64,000 bases of DNA from the human T2T-CHM13v2.0 reference genome, Homo sapiens. The notes below the pieces were generated by a model. It did no database searches, was not told where the DNA came from, and was given only the letters and a program-made list of their open reading frames with translations. This document shows, piece by piece, positions 12,820-25,988 of this stretch. The stretch lies in assembly GCF_009914755.1 (NCBI RefSeq), contig NC_060929.1, one strand, 5' to 3'. Position 1 is the stretch's first letter, and every line of letters begins with the position of its first letter. Made by a program: the position numbers and the translations under genes.

Positions 12820-13115
12820 GTTTATTTCAAGTATGTGGAAGGTTGACTTGTAGGAAAAGAAGGCTATATCATCTGCTTCTCTGTAGAAGGCAAAACTAGG
12901 TTCAGTGAGTAGAAGATACAGGGAAGCAGATTCCACTTCAACTTGAGAAGGAATTTTTCTAACAATTTGTATTCTGCAACCACAGAACTGGCTTCCCCAG
13001 GAGGTTATGTTTTCTCTGTCACTATAGGTGTATTAGAGAGACTCTAGCTATTCGATGAATGTGATGGAAAAGGAATTGCCTATTGGATCTAGGGCAGATT
13101 CCATGTCTAAGATTT
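12820..13115 (+). mobile_element. L3/CR1 LINE 3' fragment
   Basis: GGCAAAACTAGG...ACAGGGAAGCAGATT...GAAGGAATTTTTCTAACAATT...CTGTCACT recalled from the L3 3' end. Confidence 0.65.
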
Positions 13116-13133
13116 CTCTCAATCAGATTTTCT

Positions 13134-14497
13134 TTTTCTTCTTTTTTTTTTTTTTTTTGAGACAGAGTCTCACTCTGTTGCCAGGCTGGAGTGCAGTGGC
13201 ACTATCTCTGCTCATTGCAACCTCTGACTCCCTGGTTCAAGTGATTTTCCTGCCTCAGCCTCCTGAGTAGCTGGGACCACAGGCACGTGCCACCACACCT
13301 AACTAATTTTTGTATTTTTAGTAGAGATGGGGTATCGGGGGAACGCGCCCCCAATATTTCAACGTAGGTTCTTTCTATTTTCCCTAAGTGCCAGCCAGAT
13401 GAGAAATAAAGAGAAAGAGTACAAAGAGAGGAATTTTACAGCTGGGCCTCCGGGGATGACATCACATATCGGTAGGACCGTGATGCCCACCTGAGCTGCA
13501 AAACCAGGAGGTTTTTATTAAGAACTTCAAAAGGGGAGGGGGTGTATGAACAGGAAGTAGGTCACAAAGATCAGATGCTTCAAAGGGCAAAAAGGAGAAC
13601 AAAGATCACATGCTTCTGAGGCCAATAAAGATCACAAGGCGAAAAGGGCAAAATCAAAAACTCCTGATAAGGGTCTATGTTCAGCTGTGCACGTATTGTC
13701 TTGATAAACATCTTAAACAACAAAAAACAGGGTTTGAGAGCAGAGAAGTGGTCTGACCTCAAATTCACCAGGGTGGGGTTTTTTTCTTCCAGAGTAGCTG
13801 TTTATAGACCTCCCCCCAGGATTGCTTTCCTTCCCCAGGGTATTAATTATTAATATTCCTTGCTGGGAAGAGAATTTAGTGATCTCTTCCCTACTTGCAC
13901 ATCCATTTATAGGCTCTCTGCAAGAAGAAAAATATGGCTCTATTCTGCCCGACCCCACAGGCAGTCAGACCCTATGGTTGTCTTCCCTTGTTCCCTGACA
14001 ATTGGTGTTATTCTGTTCTTTTTCAAGGTGCACTGATTTCATATTGTTCAAACACACATGTTTTACAATCAATTTGTAGAGTTAACACAATTATAGTGGT
14101 CCTGAGGTGACGTACATCCTCAGCTTACGAAGATAACAGGATTAAGAGATTAAAATAAAGACAGGCATAAGAAATTATAATAACACAATTATAGTGGTCC
14201 TGAGGTGACATACATCCTCAGCTTACAAAGATAACAGGATTAAGAGATTAAAATAAAGACAGGCATAAGAAATTATGAAAGTATTATTAGGGAAGTGATA
14301 AATGTCCATGAAATCTTCACAATTTATGTTCCTCTGCTGCAGCTCCAGCCAGTCCCTCCATTTGGGGTCCCTGACTTCCTGCAACAATGGGGTTTCACCA
14401 TGTTGGCCAGGATGGTCTCAATCTCCTGACCTTCTGATGCACCCGCCTCAGCCTCCCAAAGTGCTGGGATTACAGGCATGAGCCGCCACACCCGGCC
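13134..14497 (-). mobile_element. Alu SINE (AluSc5-like) split by a MER11 LTR; arms 13134-13332 and 14387-14497
   Basis: CTCTGACTCCCTGGTTCAAG diagnostic; halves rejoin as GTAGAGATGGGG|TTTCACC; Alu TSD CAGATTTTCT at 13124-13133 and 14498-14507. Confidence 0.95.
13333..14386 (-). mobile_element. MER11 solo LTR (HERV-K11/HML-8)
   Basis: Reverse complement starts TGTTGCAGGAAGTCAGGGACCCCAAATGGAGGGAC and ends CCCCCGATA; 6-bp TSD ATGGGG at 13327-13332 and 14387-14392. Confidence 0.95.
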
Positions 14498-14549
14498 CAG
14501 ATTTTCTCATGCTTTGTTAATTTCTTATGTCCACTCTGCTTAAATGTTT

Positions 14550-15440
14550 TTAAAACCTTCTTAACTAGCCTCTTCATCTCCAGTCTTACCAACTCGATAC
14601 AATGCAACAGTCAAGTATTAGAGAAATCTTTGGAAATCACAGCTCTGATTATGTCATTTTCTGGTCCCCAAACCTTCCATGGTTTCAGATTATTCAATAG
14701 TTTTCATATTCTTTCATTCAAACCCCTTCACAGCCCTTTCAGGCTTTATGTTCCCCAATTCTTGATCACTCGGTTACAATGGAGCACTTGTTAGTCACAG
14801 AGCCACCTTATACACTCCCATCTATTTTCCCTTGCACAGGCGGTTCCTACCAGCTTCTGTGCCCTTTTACCTACTCCCAGCCCTGTATTTTATCTGTCTT
14901 AATCCTACCGATATTATAATGCCCATCTCAATTATTACCTCCTCCATTAAGATGGGTATTATTCAAACACACGTAGACACACACACGTACACATACCCCT
15001 TCTCTCCCCATACCGTTTTGTACTATCCTCACAGTATTTAATAAGTGTCAGTTTTCTGAGCTATTTCTTCAGTAATTTATCATGATATGGTACCTGCCAA
15101 TCTCAACGGCTTTATACACCTTTCTCCTCTTTTATTATACTCCTCTCATCTGGCCTCTTTGGGTTCCTCAGATGCTCTCAGTTCATTCCCATTTCATCCC
15201 CTTGAAGTTTTTTCTGCCTCTAATGCTCTTCCTCAAATCTAGACTTTGGCATTGCTGATATTTTCATCACTCAACTCCTAGTTCAAATGTGATCTCCTGT
15301 GAGTGTGCTCTCTATACCATGATTCTGTTTTTATTTTCTGAAGAGCATTTATTACTCTCAGACACCATCTGATTTTTTTGTTACTTGTTTATGGTCAGCT
15401 CTTCTCTAATATTATTGGAATGCAATTCCATAAAAGCAGA
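14550..15440 (+). mobile_element. Degraded L2 LINE fragments
   Basis: CTCTGATTATGTCA...AAACCTTCCATGGTT and later GTTCAAATGTGATCTCCTGTGAG L2-like motifs; highly diverged. Confidence 0.5.
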
Positions 15441-16879
15441 TCCTGAAGAGAAGTGCTAGAAACATGGTAAGACACTGAATGAATGGATGGTTGAGTGAAT
15501 TAACCGTTTGATTACATGTCCTTTAAGAGGAGATCCATTATCTGGTTCATCCTTTTCTTCCCACTCAGTCAGTATTAGTTGAGAGTGATCAAGACAGCTA
15601 GTTGAATGCCATGAATAAGCTCTGGTATATGGAATATTAGAGTTTATCATCTACTTAAGAAATGAGCATGTATGATAAGAAGTCGAAGGACAGCTGAGCT
15701 GAGAGATATTTAATAATAAGTAACGAAAGCTTGTGAGCAAGCAAAGCAAGATGCAAAAGTATATATAATGTTTTCTTTTTTTCTTTTCTTTTTTTTTTTT
15801 TTTTGCTAAAGCATGCAATGACCCACACTTCAGCTATAGAAAAAATCCTAAAGGATACATGTCAGCTTACTTTGGCAGGGACAGGGCATAGATAGTGGTG
15901 TGGGAATGAAAAGAAAAGCAGACAAATGAAACAGTTTAAAACGAAAACACTGTTCAACAGCATCCATGGAAAAAGAAGTTTTTTTTGTTGTTGGTTTTGT
16001 TTTGTTTTGTTTTTTTGGTAACATATGTATAAAGGTTAGGGGATATGAGGGCTGAAAATTTCATGTACATTTGACTTTGGAAGTATAGGTCAGACAGAAA
16101 AACTGTGAGAATAGACTAATTTTTCTGGTATTCATTGAATTCAATGTTTCCTCAATAATATATCGGTGGAACTTGGGCAGAAATTACATTGCTGGACATC
16201 TGCTTCTGCCGAGCTTAAATGCCTTGGCAGGGAGAATAGCTCCTGTGGTGTGCCTTCTGAAAAGTTATGATGAAAGTCATAGCAAGAGAATAAATAAAGG
16301 AAAGTCGTAGGCCACAGTTGCAAGAGTCATTTTCCTGATTACTATGGCAATTTTCAGTCTAGGGAAGAAGTCCAAGAAAGAGAGGAAATACTATCAGAAG
16401 CAAAAAACAGTATTTAAAATGTAATGGAGACTCCTCCTTACAGATCTCCATTACAAGTTATCTGAGGGGCGCACACCCTCGCCAAAATCCAGAGGGCTCT
16501 CAGACTTGAGAGGCAAATGACATGTCCACATCAGTGCCTGCGGCACACACCTCAAGTATTCTCGGCAAGTGCCCAGTGGATGATGGTACACTCCTAGAAA
16601 ACAAGAAGCCATCCACATTATCTCTAATTGCATACCATGTACTTTGAAAACCACCCACAAAAATATTGCACTGGAATTACAAAGGAACAGTCCTCATTAT
16701 CCTTATGATCTTCCTCTTATGGAATTAAAGAAATAACAGTGTGCGCAGTAATTTACAATTTTTCTTGGCTTTATAAACACATCAAAAACAAGCTGTGTTA
16801 ACTCAAGGCAAGTTCAAGAAACAAAGGCAATGTAGATAAATTCTCAGGTACTTATATTTTAACTCTGCCTCACTGTCAT

Positions 16880-17090
16880 GTGTGGTTAAAAGTGGAGGCT
16901 CTGGACTCAGAATGGACATTTGAAATTGTGTGATGTTGAGCAGGTGTATCAGCCTTCTAAGCCTCAGATATTCACTATAAAAATTGCATAATACCAGTAC
17001 AGATGTCAAGGAATTGTTGTTGGAATTATGTGATGGAGGGTGGATAAAGTCAACATATACTAAGCACGTGATAAGCAATAGAAATCAACT
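16880..17090 (+). mobile_element. MIR SINE
   Basis: GTGGTTAAAAG...GGCTCTGGACTCAGA...TCTAAGCCTCAG...CTATAAAA MIR core. Confidence 0.6.
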
Positions 17091-18385
17091 GTTTGTAATG
17101 TTTTTCTCATTGAACAGAACAGCACTCAAGGACATCCTTGTTGAACTGGCTTGATAGTTAATGTCTTTCAGGGGGAATGAAATGTTAGTGCAGGGTAGCC
17201 TTGTTTTATGCCAAAAGTATATTTCTGAAAAAGTTTCATACTTCAAAACTGACATAATTCAAGATTAATTTTGCCATTGTAACAAATAGAAAGTAATTGG
17301 AGTGAATTCCCAAGGTGCTTAAATCTGTAATCCCTGTAGCTTACGGTGTTGATTTCTGTGGCCATGTCACCATCATTTATCTTGTTATGTAAGAGTTCTA
17401 CAAATTCGAAATGTAACTACATTAGAGTTGCTTTCTGTTTTCTCGGCACCATCTCCAGTAATTTACCCAGTACCCTGTCCTAAATTAACAGCATTTTGTA
17501 TCATGGTAGATGTTTGGCCTTCATAGCATTCATCAAACCTAAACTGTTTCCAAAGTTACTACTTTTCACCTGGAGTACTATCATTGTTAGAAAATGAACA
17601 CTTCTATGACACTATTAAAGCAGACTTAAAGTTAAAATAAGAGTGAATGCTAAAGTAGCTCAGTGATCTGACAAATAATTCACAAGTTCTGATACATGCA
17701 AACAACAGCTTGGTTCACCTAATGTTGACAAAAGATAGTAGGTATTTCCCTTAACTGGCCAACATGGAGTCAATCCATGCAACAATTGTAATGTGACTTA
17801 TAACCTCCTTGGCCTGAAGTTTTAAAATGATGTAATGATTGACTTTTTAAAAAATAAATTGTCAGAATGTTAATTCAAATTTTTTGTATATAATTTATTT
17901 AAAACATATTATTTAAATTTGAATAGCTTCACCAAACCCAATTAGTAGTCATGGCAATAGAAGTCTGTCACATAAATATAGGCCCACGTGGTCTTAGTTG
18001 CCTGTAATTGATTACAGTAAAGTTCCCGAACACTGTCTTACCACAGTGTTAGTGTGCCAGTAACTCCTAGTGCTTATTATTTTATAGCATTTACAAATAC
18101 GGCTTTGGTGAGCAAGGCCAAGCTATGCTCAGAATAGAGAGATCCCACTGCATGAAGTTTCTTAGCCTATGAATCTTCATGAGGTCAAGCAGTTAAAAAA
18201 TCTCTCTGCTCTGCCATTGATATGCAGGTCTGTCAGTGAAACTTCTTTCTGGTAACTGAGTTCTATAGCTCTTCATGCTAAAGTATGAATGCATATAGTC
18301 CTTCCACACTCTCAAATGTTGATGAGAGACCTCTTTGCATTGGATTTCCTTGGTATCATCTTATTGCCTAAAAAACATCTTAGTC

Positions 18386-18707
18386 TTTTCTTTCTTTTTT
18401 TTTTTTTTTTTGACAGAGTTTTGCTCTTGTTGCCAGGCTGGAGTATAATGGCCTGAACTTGGCTCACTGCAACCCCTGCCTCCTGGGTTCAAGCTATTCT
18501 CTTGCCTCAGCCTCCCGAGTAGCTGGGATTACAGGTGCCCGCCACCACACCCAGCTAATTTTTTTTTTAATTATTATTTTTTATTTTTAGTAGAGATGGG
18601 GTTTCATCATGTTGGCCAGGCTGGTCTTGAACTCCTGGCGTCAGTTGATCTGCCTGCCTCGACCTCCCAAAGTGCTGGGATTACAGGTGTGAACCACTGC
18701 ACTGGCC
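18386..18707 (-). mobile_element. Alu SINE, AluSq-like, expanded middle linker
   Basis: Full dimer, TTTTGCTCTTGTTGCC, poly-T tail. Confidence 0.96.
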
Positions 18708-20307
18708 GCCGAAAAATCTTCTAAGAGTGTAGGCTGGCCTGAATCCTGAGAATCACTGGATATAGTGGTTTTGAAATGAGATGGGATTCTGCATGATTAT
18801 ATAGCCACATTTTCTTTTATTAGTATACTTTGAATGTAATAATGAGACGTAGTAAAATTGTTTACCTAACAGTTCTCAGGCAAACCTCTAGAACCTTTCA
18901 AATTTGTTGGTAAATCTCTGGCTTGAATTGTAGTGTCACAGGCTTAAAATTGGTCAAATTGCAAATTTCAATTAAGGGCATGCTTCCAGTGTATGTCCTT
19001 CTCTTTCTCCCATCTTATGTCTGAGTCCCCTACAAGCCCAAATATTTACTCAGCCTCGCTGGCCTGAACAAAACTCCATGCCTTGAGCTTCTCCCTTCTC
19101 ACTCAAAATTAATCATTCTACAGTGTTCTTTGCTCCATCTGAAACATAATTTCTGCTAGGTGGCCATGGTTGATAAATCAATTATTCAACTAAAGGAGCA
19201 TATTCCAAAATATGTTCACCCATAGCACTAATTCTACAGGATGTCATACAGAAAAAAATGGGGAACAAAAGGCTTTTGTTGTTCCATTAGTATGGGAAAT
19301 GCCGTATACTGCATCCTCTCTCAGATATTAAAAACTGACATTCTCATTAAAACTTTGGGCGGTATGAAAGCCATCTTAACTTTAACTTCACATTTTCCAG
19401 AATTTCAACTTGCCACCACCCATCCCCCCTGCCCTTTAAAAAAAAATATGACATCTTTAGAGACACTGAGACAAAACAATCCTTGCTAAGGCCCTGACCA
19501 GCTGTACTGAGAAAGATGGACTATGCAAGGTGGCACTTGTACATAATGGGTAATTCATAACTGTCATTATCTTTAGTCCCAAATTAGCAATTATCAGATG
19601 AACTCTTGAGTGTGAGCATTTGTACCCACATGCATATATATTTATCTGAGACAGGTGCCTCACATTCTCTACACACTAGGTTTTATCATTTTAATTGCCT
19701 GGCCAATGTTGAAGCACCATCTCAGGCGCTGCTAAATTGCAGGTGTTTGTCTTTATTTTTCACCCTTCATATTATACCTCTTATTTTATTTTTGTTATCT
19801 TAATTTTCTAAAGACTTCTTTGTGGTTTTATGGCTGGCTGCCAGCGTTCTGGGAAGTGTGTGTTTTTAGATCTTTGTTTTTTAAAGATCCACACACACAA
19901 AAAAATGCTCACAGTAAGAAAAACCATCTCCAGAGTTGGCATTGTTTTACTTTTCAAGAACAAGTTTGAGTTGAAAGAAGCAGCATTATTTATTTCTCAT
20001 GGGCATGTCCTTTGGCTCACTCTCTGGGAAAATCCTCATCCTTGCAGATCAAAAAAGAGAACTGCCTCCCAGTGAATTAGAATACAATCTGCATTTGCCC
20101 ACAATATCACACAGTGATTTCAGAAATTTGGCTTGTACACATCTGGGGAATGATGGCAGAATGCCCCTAGTTAAAACGGCTTTCAGAACCTACGTGGGTG
20201 ATTTTGATTCCCTATGCCTCATTTTTCATCTTTGCTTGACTTGATTTCTTGTTCTGTTTTGTTCTTTACACTTGCAATAATCTCTTTGCCTTGTCTGGCC
20301 CTTTCGG

Positions 20308-20317
20308 ATACACACAT

Positions 20318-20352
<35 letters not shown>
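20308..20352. repeat. (CA)n microsatellite
   Basis: About 17 pure CA units preceded by ATACACACATG. Confidence 0.98.
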
Positions 20353-20354
<2 letters not shown>

Positions 20355-21721
20355 ATCAGAGCTAAGTCACAAAGGCCGGGGGGAAAAAGTGAAAGGTCAC
20401 TTTCACAATGGGTTTTCCAGGATTATTTGGATGTAATGAATAAAATTGCAAATTCTATTGAGGCTTTTAGAACTAATGAAAATTATCAATGTGTTACACA
20501 GCTGCATTTCAGTTTTGTTTGTCTGAGCCTGGAACAGAATAGATTTTATAAATAGAACTTAAATGTGACCACAGAGCACGCATACTAATCAGTTCATTTT
20601 AAGATATTGTTTTGCAATACTTTTAAGATGCACACATGCTGGGAAAAATTACTTCTCAGAGGAACAATGTGGAGCAATTTCTTACCAAAGTTGCTAATGG
20701 AACGACTTTTTTCTTCTTTCTTTTTTTCTTTTCTTCCTTTTTTTTTTTTTTTGACGCAAAGTATCTATCATTATCCATCTTTTATTTTAAGTAAATGTTA
20801 AAATGGAAAAGGTTTAGAGAGAAGGAAGGCTTTGCTCCAGGAATTCTGTAGGAAATGTGACTTGTTCGTGGGAAAGTGTCCATTAATTTGAGAAGGTTAA
20901 AATAAAATTAATCAAAATATCTTAGCGCATGCTGAGTTGTATCATCTATTACACAATTTCTCTTCTCACATAAATGTGGAGGGGCTTTTTTCCCTGGCTC
21001 TAAAGAGATGAGATGGATGTGGGATGGAGTGCTAAGTGGTTCCCCACTGAAAGTATTCTCTATCAGCCACTGATTTCCTCTAAGTAGGCAATCCTATCTG
21101 AATAGTTCTAATATCTGGATAAGTTCATTTCTCTTTGACAGCACGCCCCCCTGCGGGAATGCATTTGTTTCACTTGTTTGAAGGTAGAAATCCTAGGAGT
21201 GGGTTTTGATGTGGGATGAAGCACTAAGCCCAGAGCTTCCCTTAAAGGTGAAATGCAGACACTCTTTTAGAAGAGGAAAGGTGACTAAAATGAAAGCTTC
21301 ACTTCCCCAATCATTAGCAGAAATGAATGTGAAATTGTTAACACTCAAGCATATTTTAAAAGCCAACTGTGGCCTCTGTAAAGGTGTGTCTCCTCCATTT
21401 ACCACTGGGCTCCATGAAGGGATTCTGAAGTTCTGGGCACTAATGGAGGCAATAAACCACAAAGAGTTTTGAGGAATCTGTCATATTGCAGGGGGTGGGG
21501 GAAGAACAGAGACCAGGAAAATTAAAATTCGTGGAAAACTGAGCTATTGAAATGTTAGCCATTCTCTTCCACCCAAACTCTCACTAAGGTGTCAACAAAG
21601 AGGAAAAAAACAGAATACCAATTTCTCTTCAAATCAAGCCAGCAAATATCTACTGTATGCCCACCGTGCACAAAGTACTATATTTTGACCAAGCTCTGCT
21701 GGATAAGTCATTTCAATGCCC

Positions 21722-22038
21722 CAGGGGTCAGCAGCTATAGCTTACTGGTAAATCCAGTCCAGAGCCTCTCTTTGTATAGCTTAGGAGCAAAGAATCATAA
21801 AGCATTGGAAGAAGGAAGAGAAGAGGAAAAAGAGAAAGAAGAAGAGGAAAAGGTGGAAGAGGAGGAGGAGAAGGAGGAAGACACTAACAATTAAGCTGAC
21901 AATGAAGAAAGAGAAGAATGATGAACAGGAAGAGCATGAGGAGAAGAGAAAGAAAAGGAAGGACAGATATAGTGTATGGACCCCAAAGCCTAAAATATTT
22001 ACTATCTGGCCCTTGACAAAAAAAATATGCTTCCCCTG
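21722..22038 (+). mobile_element. MER58-family MITE with internal GA-rich low-complexity tract (about 21808-21962)
   Basis: CAGGGGTCAGCA...GAGCAAAGAAT and CAAAGCCTAAAATATTTACTATCTGGCCCTT...CCCCTG termini. Confidence 0.8.
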
Positions 22039-25000
22039 TACTGTACAATATTCATTAATTATGAAAATAGCTCAGAAAATTGCACAGTCTGTAGTCTGTG
22101 AATGATTAAATGCTACCAGAAGAACCTAGAAAGTAGAGAATTTTCATGCAATAAAAATCATCCAAGCAGGCAGAATTTTCTTTCCTGGACTTATAGAATT
22201 TGGGGATTGAATGGAATCTTGGGGCTCAAACCTTGGAAATCCAAAGTTTCTAAAATGCAGCTCTAATATGAAAATGTGCCAAAAACAAATTGTAGGGATA
22301 TCTGGGAGAAAAGGTTTTTGCTTTAATATAGCGAGCACATCAAACATAAGATTTTCCAGGTTTTATTGCTGGGATGAAGCTAAAGCATTAAGTAAACAAT
22401 AGTACAAATGGTAGTAGATATATTAGAAAGTATTAAAGTGGTTTGTGAATGAATATAGTCTACAAAACACAGAATCTAGTACAATCTCTCTCCTTTCAAT
22501 TTTTCAACTGCGACAGGTAGGTTAAGATTATTCCTGTATTTTAAATGAAAATAAAAAAGAAACACACTTCAATATCTCCTGATAATAAAATAATACATGA
22601 TCTATATTTTAAAAATCAAATATTTTTTAAAATATATATTATACAAAATTAAAGCTGCCAGTAATCTACCTGCCAGAATTACCCACTGTTGATAATTTGG
22701 TATATATCTCTCCAGATCAAATTTTCTAGGCACAGCATAACTTACTAAAGATCTCCTATATTTAGAGCATGCTTTCTTGGTTTCTGATATTTCTGACCTA
22801 TAAATTACTATTATTGGTCCTTGAATTGTGTTTAGATTTTTAAGGGAAAATAAAGGGATATTATCTAGAGTAAGCAATCCAAGTAAGTGCATGCTGGGAA
22901 GTCGGGTGTAAATTGGGAAGGCTTTTATCCATTAACTCCAGACAGGAAAAAGGCTGGGAAGCTAAATGAATGATAGTAGCTCATGCAGTTCTTCATTTCT
23001 GTCTGGGCTACAGGTTAACTTGCAAGGTTAATATAATTGCTGGCAGCTTGTAAGTCCTGGGTGATGATGAAATGTACCACCTCTTCCAGAAGTTCCTGCT
23101 TCTTTTTAAGCTTTCCTCACTTTGGATTTAGACATAGTGGTTCTCAAACTTTTTAGAACACAATCCATTTCTAGACAGGGAAAAAGACGTTAAGAGCCAA
23201 CTTCCCCACCCAGGGTATGTTTCAATGACAAATAAACTTGTTGATGAACAATTAGTTCAAAGGGAACAAGTAAATACTGGCATACAGTTTTTCAAATCGC
23301 ATTCATTAATTGGGTCCCATTTACTTGTTTAAAAATAGTATGATCTTATTCACAAAGGTAATGTCATATAAGCTTATACAGTAATACAATGCCCTATAAA
23401 CTTAAAATATGCACTCACTTCTATAGTACTTCACAAGCTATTTAAGTGTCAAAAAAGAGTCACAAATCCATGGGTGGCACATCATCACTGTAACACAAAC
23501 TACTTTCGCAATAGGACTATGAGTGGTTTATTTTTGAACACGTATATGTTTTAAGTCTGGCTATTAAAGAATTATAGGCCCAAAAGATTGCTGATGTAAA
23601 CATATAACCTATAAACTTTAGGTTTAACCAATCAACTCACCAAAAACTCAATCGATAATGGTTAATCTAACAAAATTTATAAGTAAAATGAAAATAAACA
23701 CAGCAACTAAAAACTATAATCAAATAAGTTAGTTCTGATAAGGGATTGCATATAAGATGTCCTGTCTGAAAATCTCAACTATAAGCATATCAACATGTAC
23801 AGTGTGTCCTTTGCAACATAATCAAGGCTAATCTGGCAGCCCACCTTAGTACTAGAGTCTTCCATAGCTAGAATCCACTAAACTGTATATTTTAGCTAAG
23901 GAATATCAAATACTGGTTACCCTTAACTCATTTATTAATGCAAATTACAGTTGGCTTCTCTTTCCCTTCCCACCCTCCCTCTTCACGTGGGATTGGTAAG
24001 AAATACAGTGTCATCAGTGTCGGTGGGGGAGCTTTTCCTTAAGAATCCTGAGACTTGGGAGGGACTTCTTTCTTTAGTCTGTAGTGGTAACCACTGAGAT
24101 TCTTACTTTTTAACTTCCATGGATCTATTAGAAAGTGGGGACTTCAGCCATTACCCTGTGCCATATTTGGCCCTGTGTGGAATTTGGCCCTGCGTCTTAT
24201 GCTGGGGATCCCAAGGTTGCAGGGATTGTACTTCAGTGCTTAGGCACTGGCTCCACCTGAACACAGATCTGGCCACTCTGGAAATAACCCTCACAAGTTC
24301 CCTGGCTTCTGGCCAGGAATCCTGTCGCTTCAAAACTGTCCAAATCTTTCTTTACCTTCTAAAGCTTAGGCTTAGAAAATGAAAGAAAAGAAAAGGCTCT
24401 TCTCTCTCTTCTAGGAATAGGAGAGCCTAAGGCTTTCAATACCCTAAACTGAGGCTGCCTTAGGCAGGATGGTTGTGGGGGAATTTATTCTCTTACAGTG
24501 AACCTATAACACATAAAGATGGACATTGTTAATTCCTCCATCTGGATTTCCTGCTATACTAGTAACTGCCTTCCATCTTATACATAAATGAATGACTATC
24601 AGTCAGAGCCAATTTACAGCCTTGATCACTTGCAGGAGGATGGTTAGTGGACTGTAGATAATACCTTGAAGATTTCTGACCTCAACTATTTCAGGAGCTG
24701 GCCACTAGGTCTCCCTCCCTATCACTGACCCCTTCATCTGTCCAAATCAAATTCTCATTCTTTGGATTGGAATCGTCCAGCACAGCATTCCCTTCTGCCC
24801 ACAAGATAAAGGATGAACTCCTTAGTAGGATAAATGAGGCCCAGCTTTATTTCTGTAAGAGAATATTTCTCTCAATGTACTTTCCAGATGACATATTTTA
24901 AGAAATGACAAGATTTCACAAACGCTCTGAGCTCTCTTGGCCAGTCCAAATGTTCTTTTCTTCTCCTCCACTCACCAGTCTCTAGCTTTGCTCAACTGGC

Positions 25001-25364
25001 TAATTCCTGCTTACCCTGAAGATTCAGCTCATGAGCTTCCTCCTCTTGGAGTATTGTTCTGCTCCCACTTCTGATGAGTTAGTTGCTTTGCTCTGTGGTC
25101 TATAATATGCTTCATATATCTCCTTTAAAGTAGTTATCAGAGTACATTTGAATTTTAGGTCTACTTATCTGCCTTCTTCACAAGAACCTGAGCTCTTAAC
25201 TATAGTCACTTTATCTTGTTCATTGTCGTATTGCTCAAATTTAGCACAGCCCTGGCCCCTAGCAGAATAGCAATAATTTCTGGGCTTAATAAATGATTCC
25301 CTTTGGCATAGCAATTTAAAGAAACAGTGATAATGGAAGTAATAGATGCATCTATCAAAATAGT

Positions 25365-25545
25365 ACTAATATTTATTAAGCAGTTACATATACTATCTCA
25401 GTTAAACCTTACAGTCACCATTTAAGGGCTTGTTCCACTTAGCAGTGAAATGATTAGTCTAAGTTCACCAAGTAGTGAAAAGCAGAGCTGGGATTTTATC
25501 CTTGGTTAATCTGACTCAAGAACTGTGTTCCTAATTTCTATGCTG
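25365..25545 (-). mobile_element. MIR SINE
   Basis: TAATATTTATTAAGCA...GCAGAGCTGGGATTT...TCTGACTCAAGA. Confidence 0.55.
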
Positions 25546-25625
25546 CTCTAGGCAAGTGCTATAGGCTTCTTTCTAAGAATTTCTAAGATTTCCTTCTATG
25601 CAAATCGTTGCGACCCATTAAGTAC

Positions 25626-25988
25626 TGCAACAGTTTGAACATGTCCCCTTCAAAATTCAAGTGTTGTCAATGTGCTAATATTAAGAGGTGTGGCCTTTAA
25701 AAGGTGATTAGGCCATTAGGGCTCCTCCCTCATAAATGAGGTGAAGGACTTTAGAAAAGAGGCTTCATGCAGGCAGCATTCAGCTTACTTGCCCTTCTGC
25801 CTTCCATCACGTGAGGACACAACATTCTTCCCTACCACAGGATGCATCCCGTTTCAGACAATTGAATCTGCAGAGCACCTTGATCTTGAACCTTCCAGCC
25901 TTGAGAACTGTGAAAAATAAATTTATGTTCTTTATAAGTTACCCAGTCTGTGGTATTCTGTTATAGCAGCACAAAATGGGCTAAGACA
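25626..25988 (+). mobile_element. MaLR solo LTR, MSTC/MSTD-like
   Basis: TG...TTAAGAGGTGTGGCCTTTAAAAGGTGATTAGGCCAT...TTACCCAGTCTGTGGTATTCTGTTATAGCAGCACAAAATGGGCTAAGACA. Confidence 0.88.

Noticed and set aside
18151-18181. Short imperfect hairpins here, at about 43430-43454 and at 56217-56249
   Set aside because: Stems of 9-12 bp, two with a mismatch, are within chance expectation.
21589-22105. Glu/Lys-rich ORFs resembling an acidic tail
   Set aside because: GA-rich low-complexity sequence within MER58.
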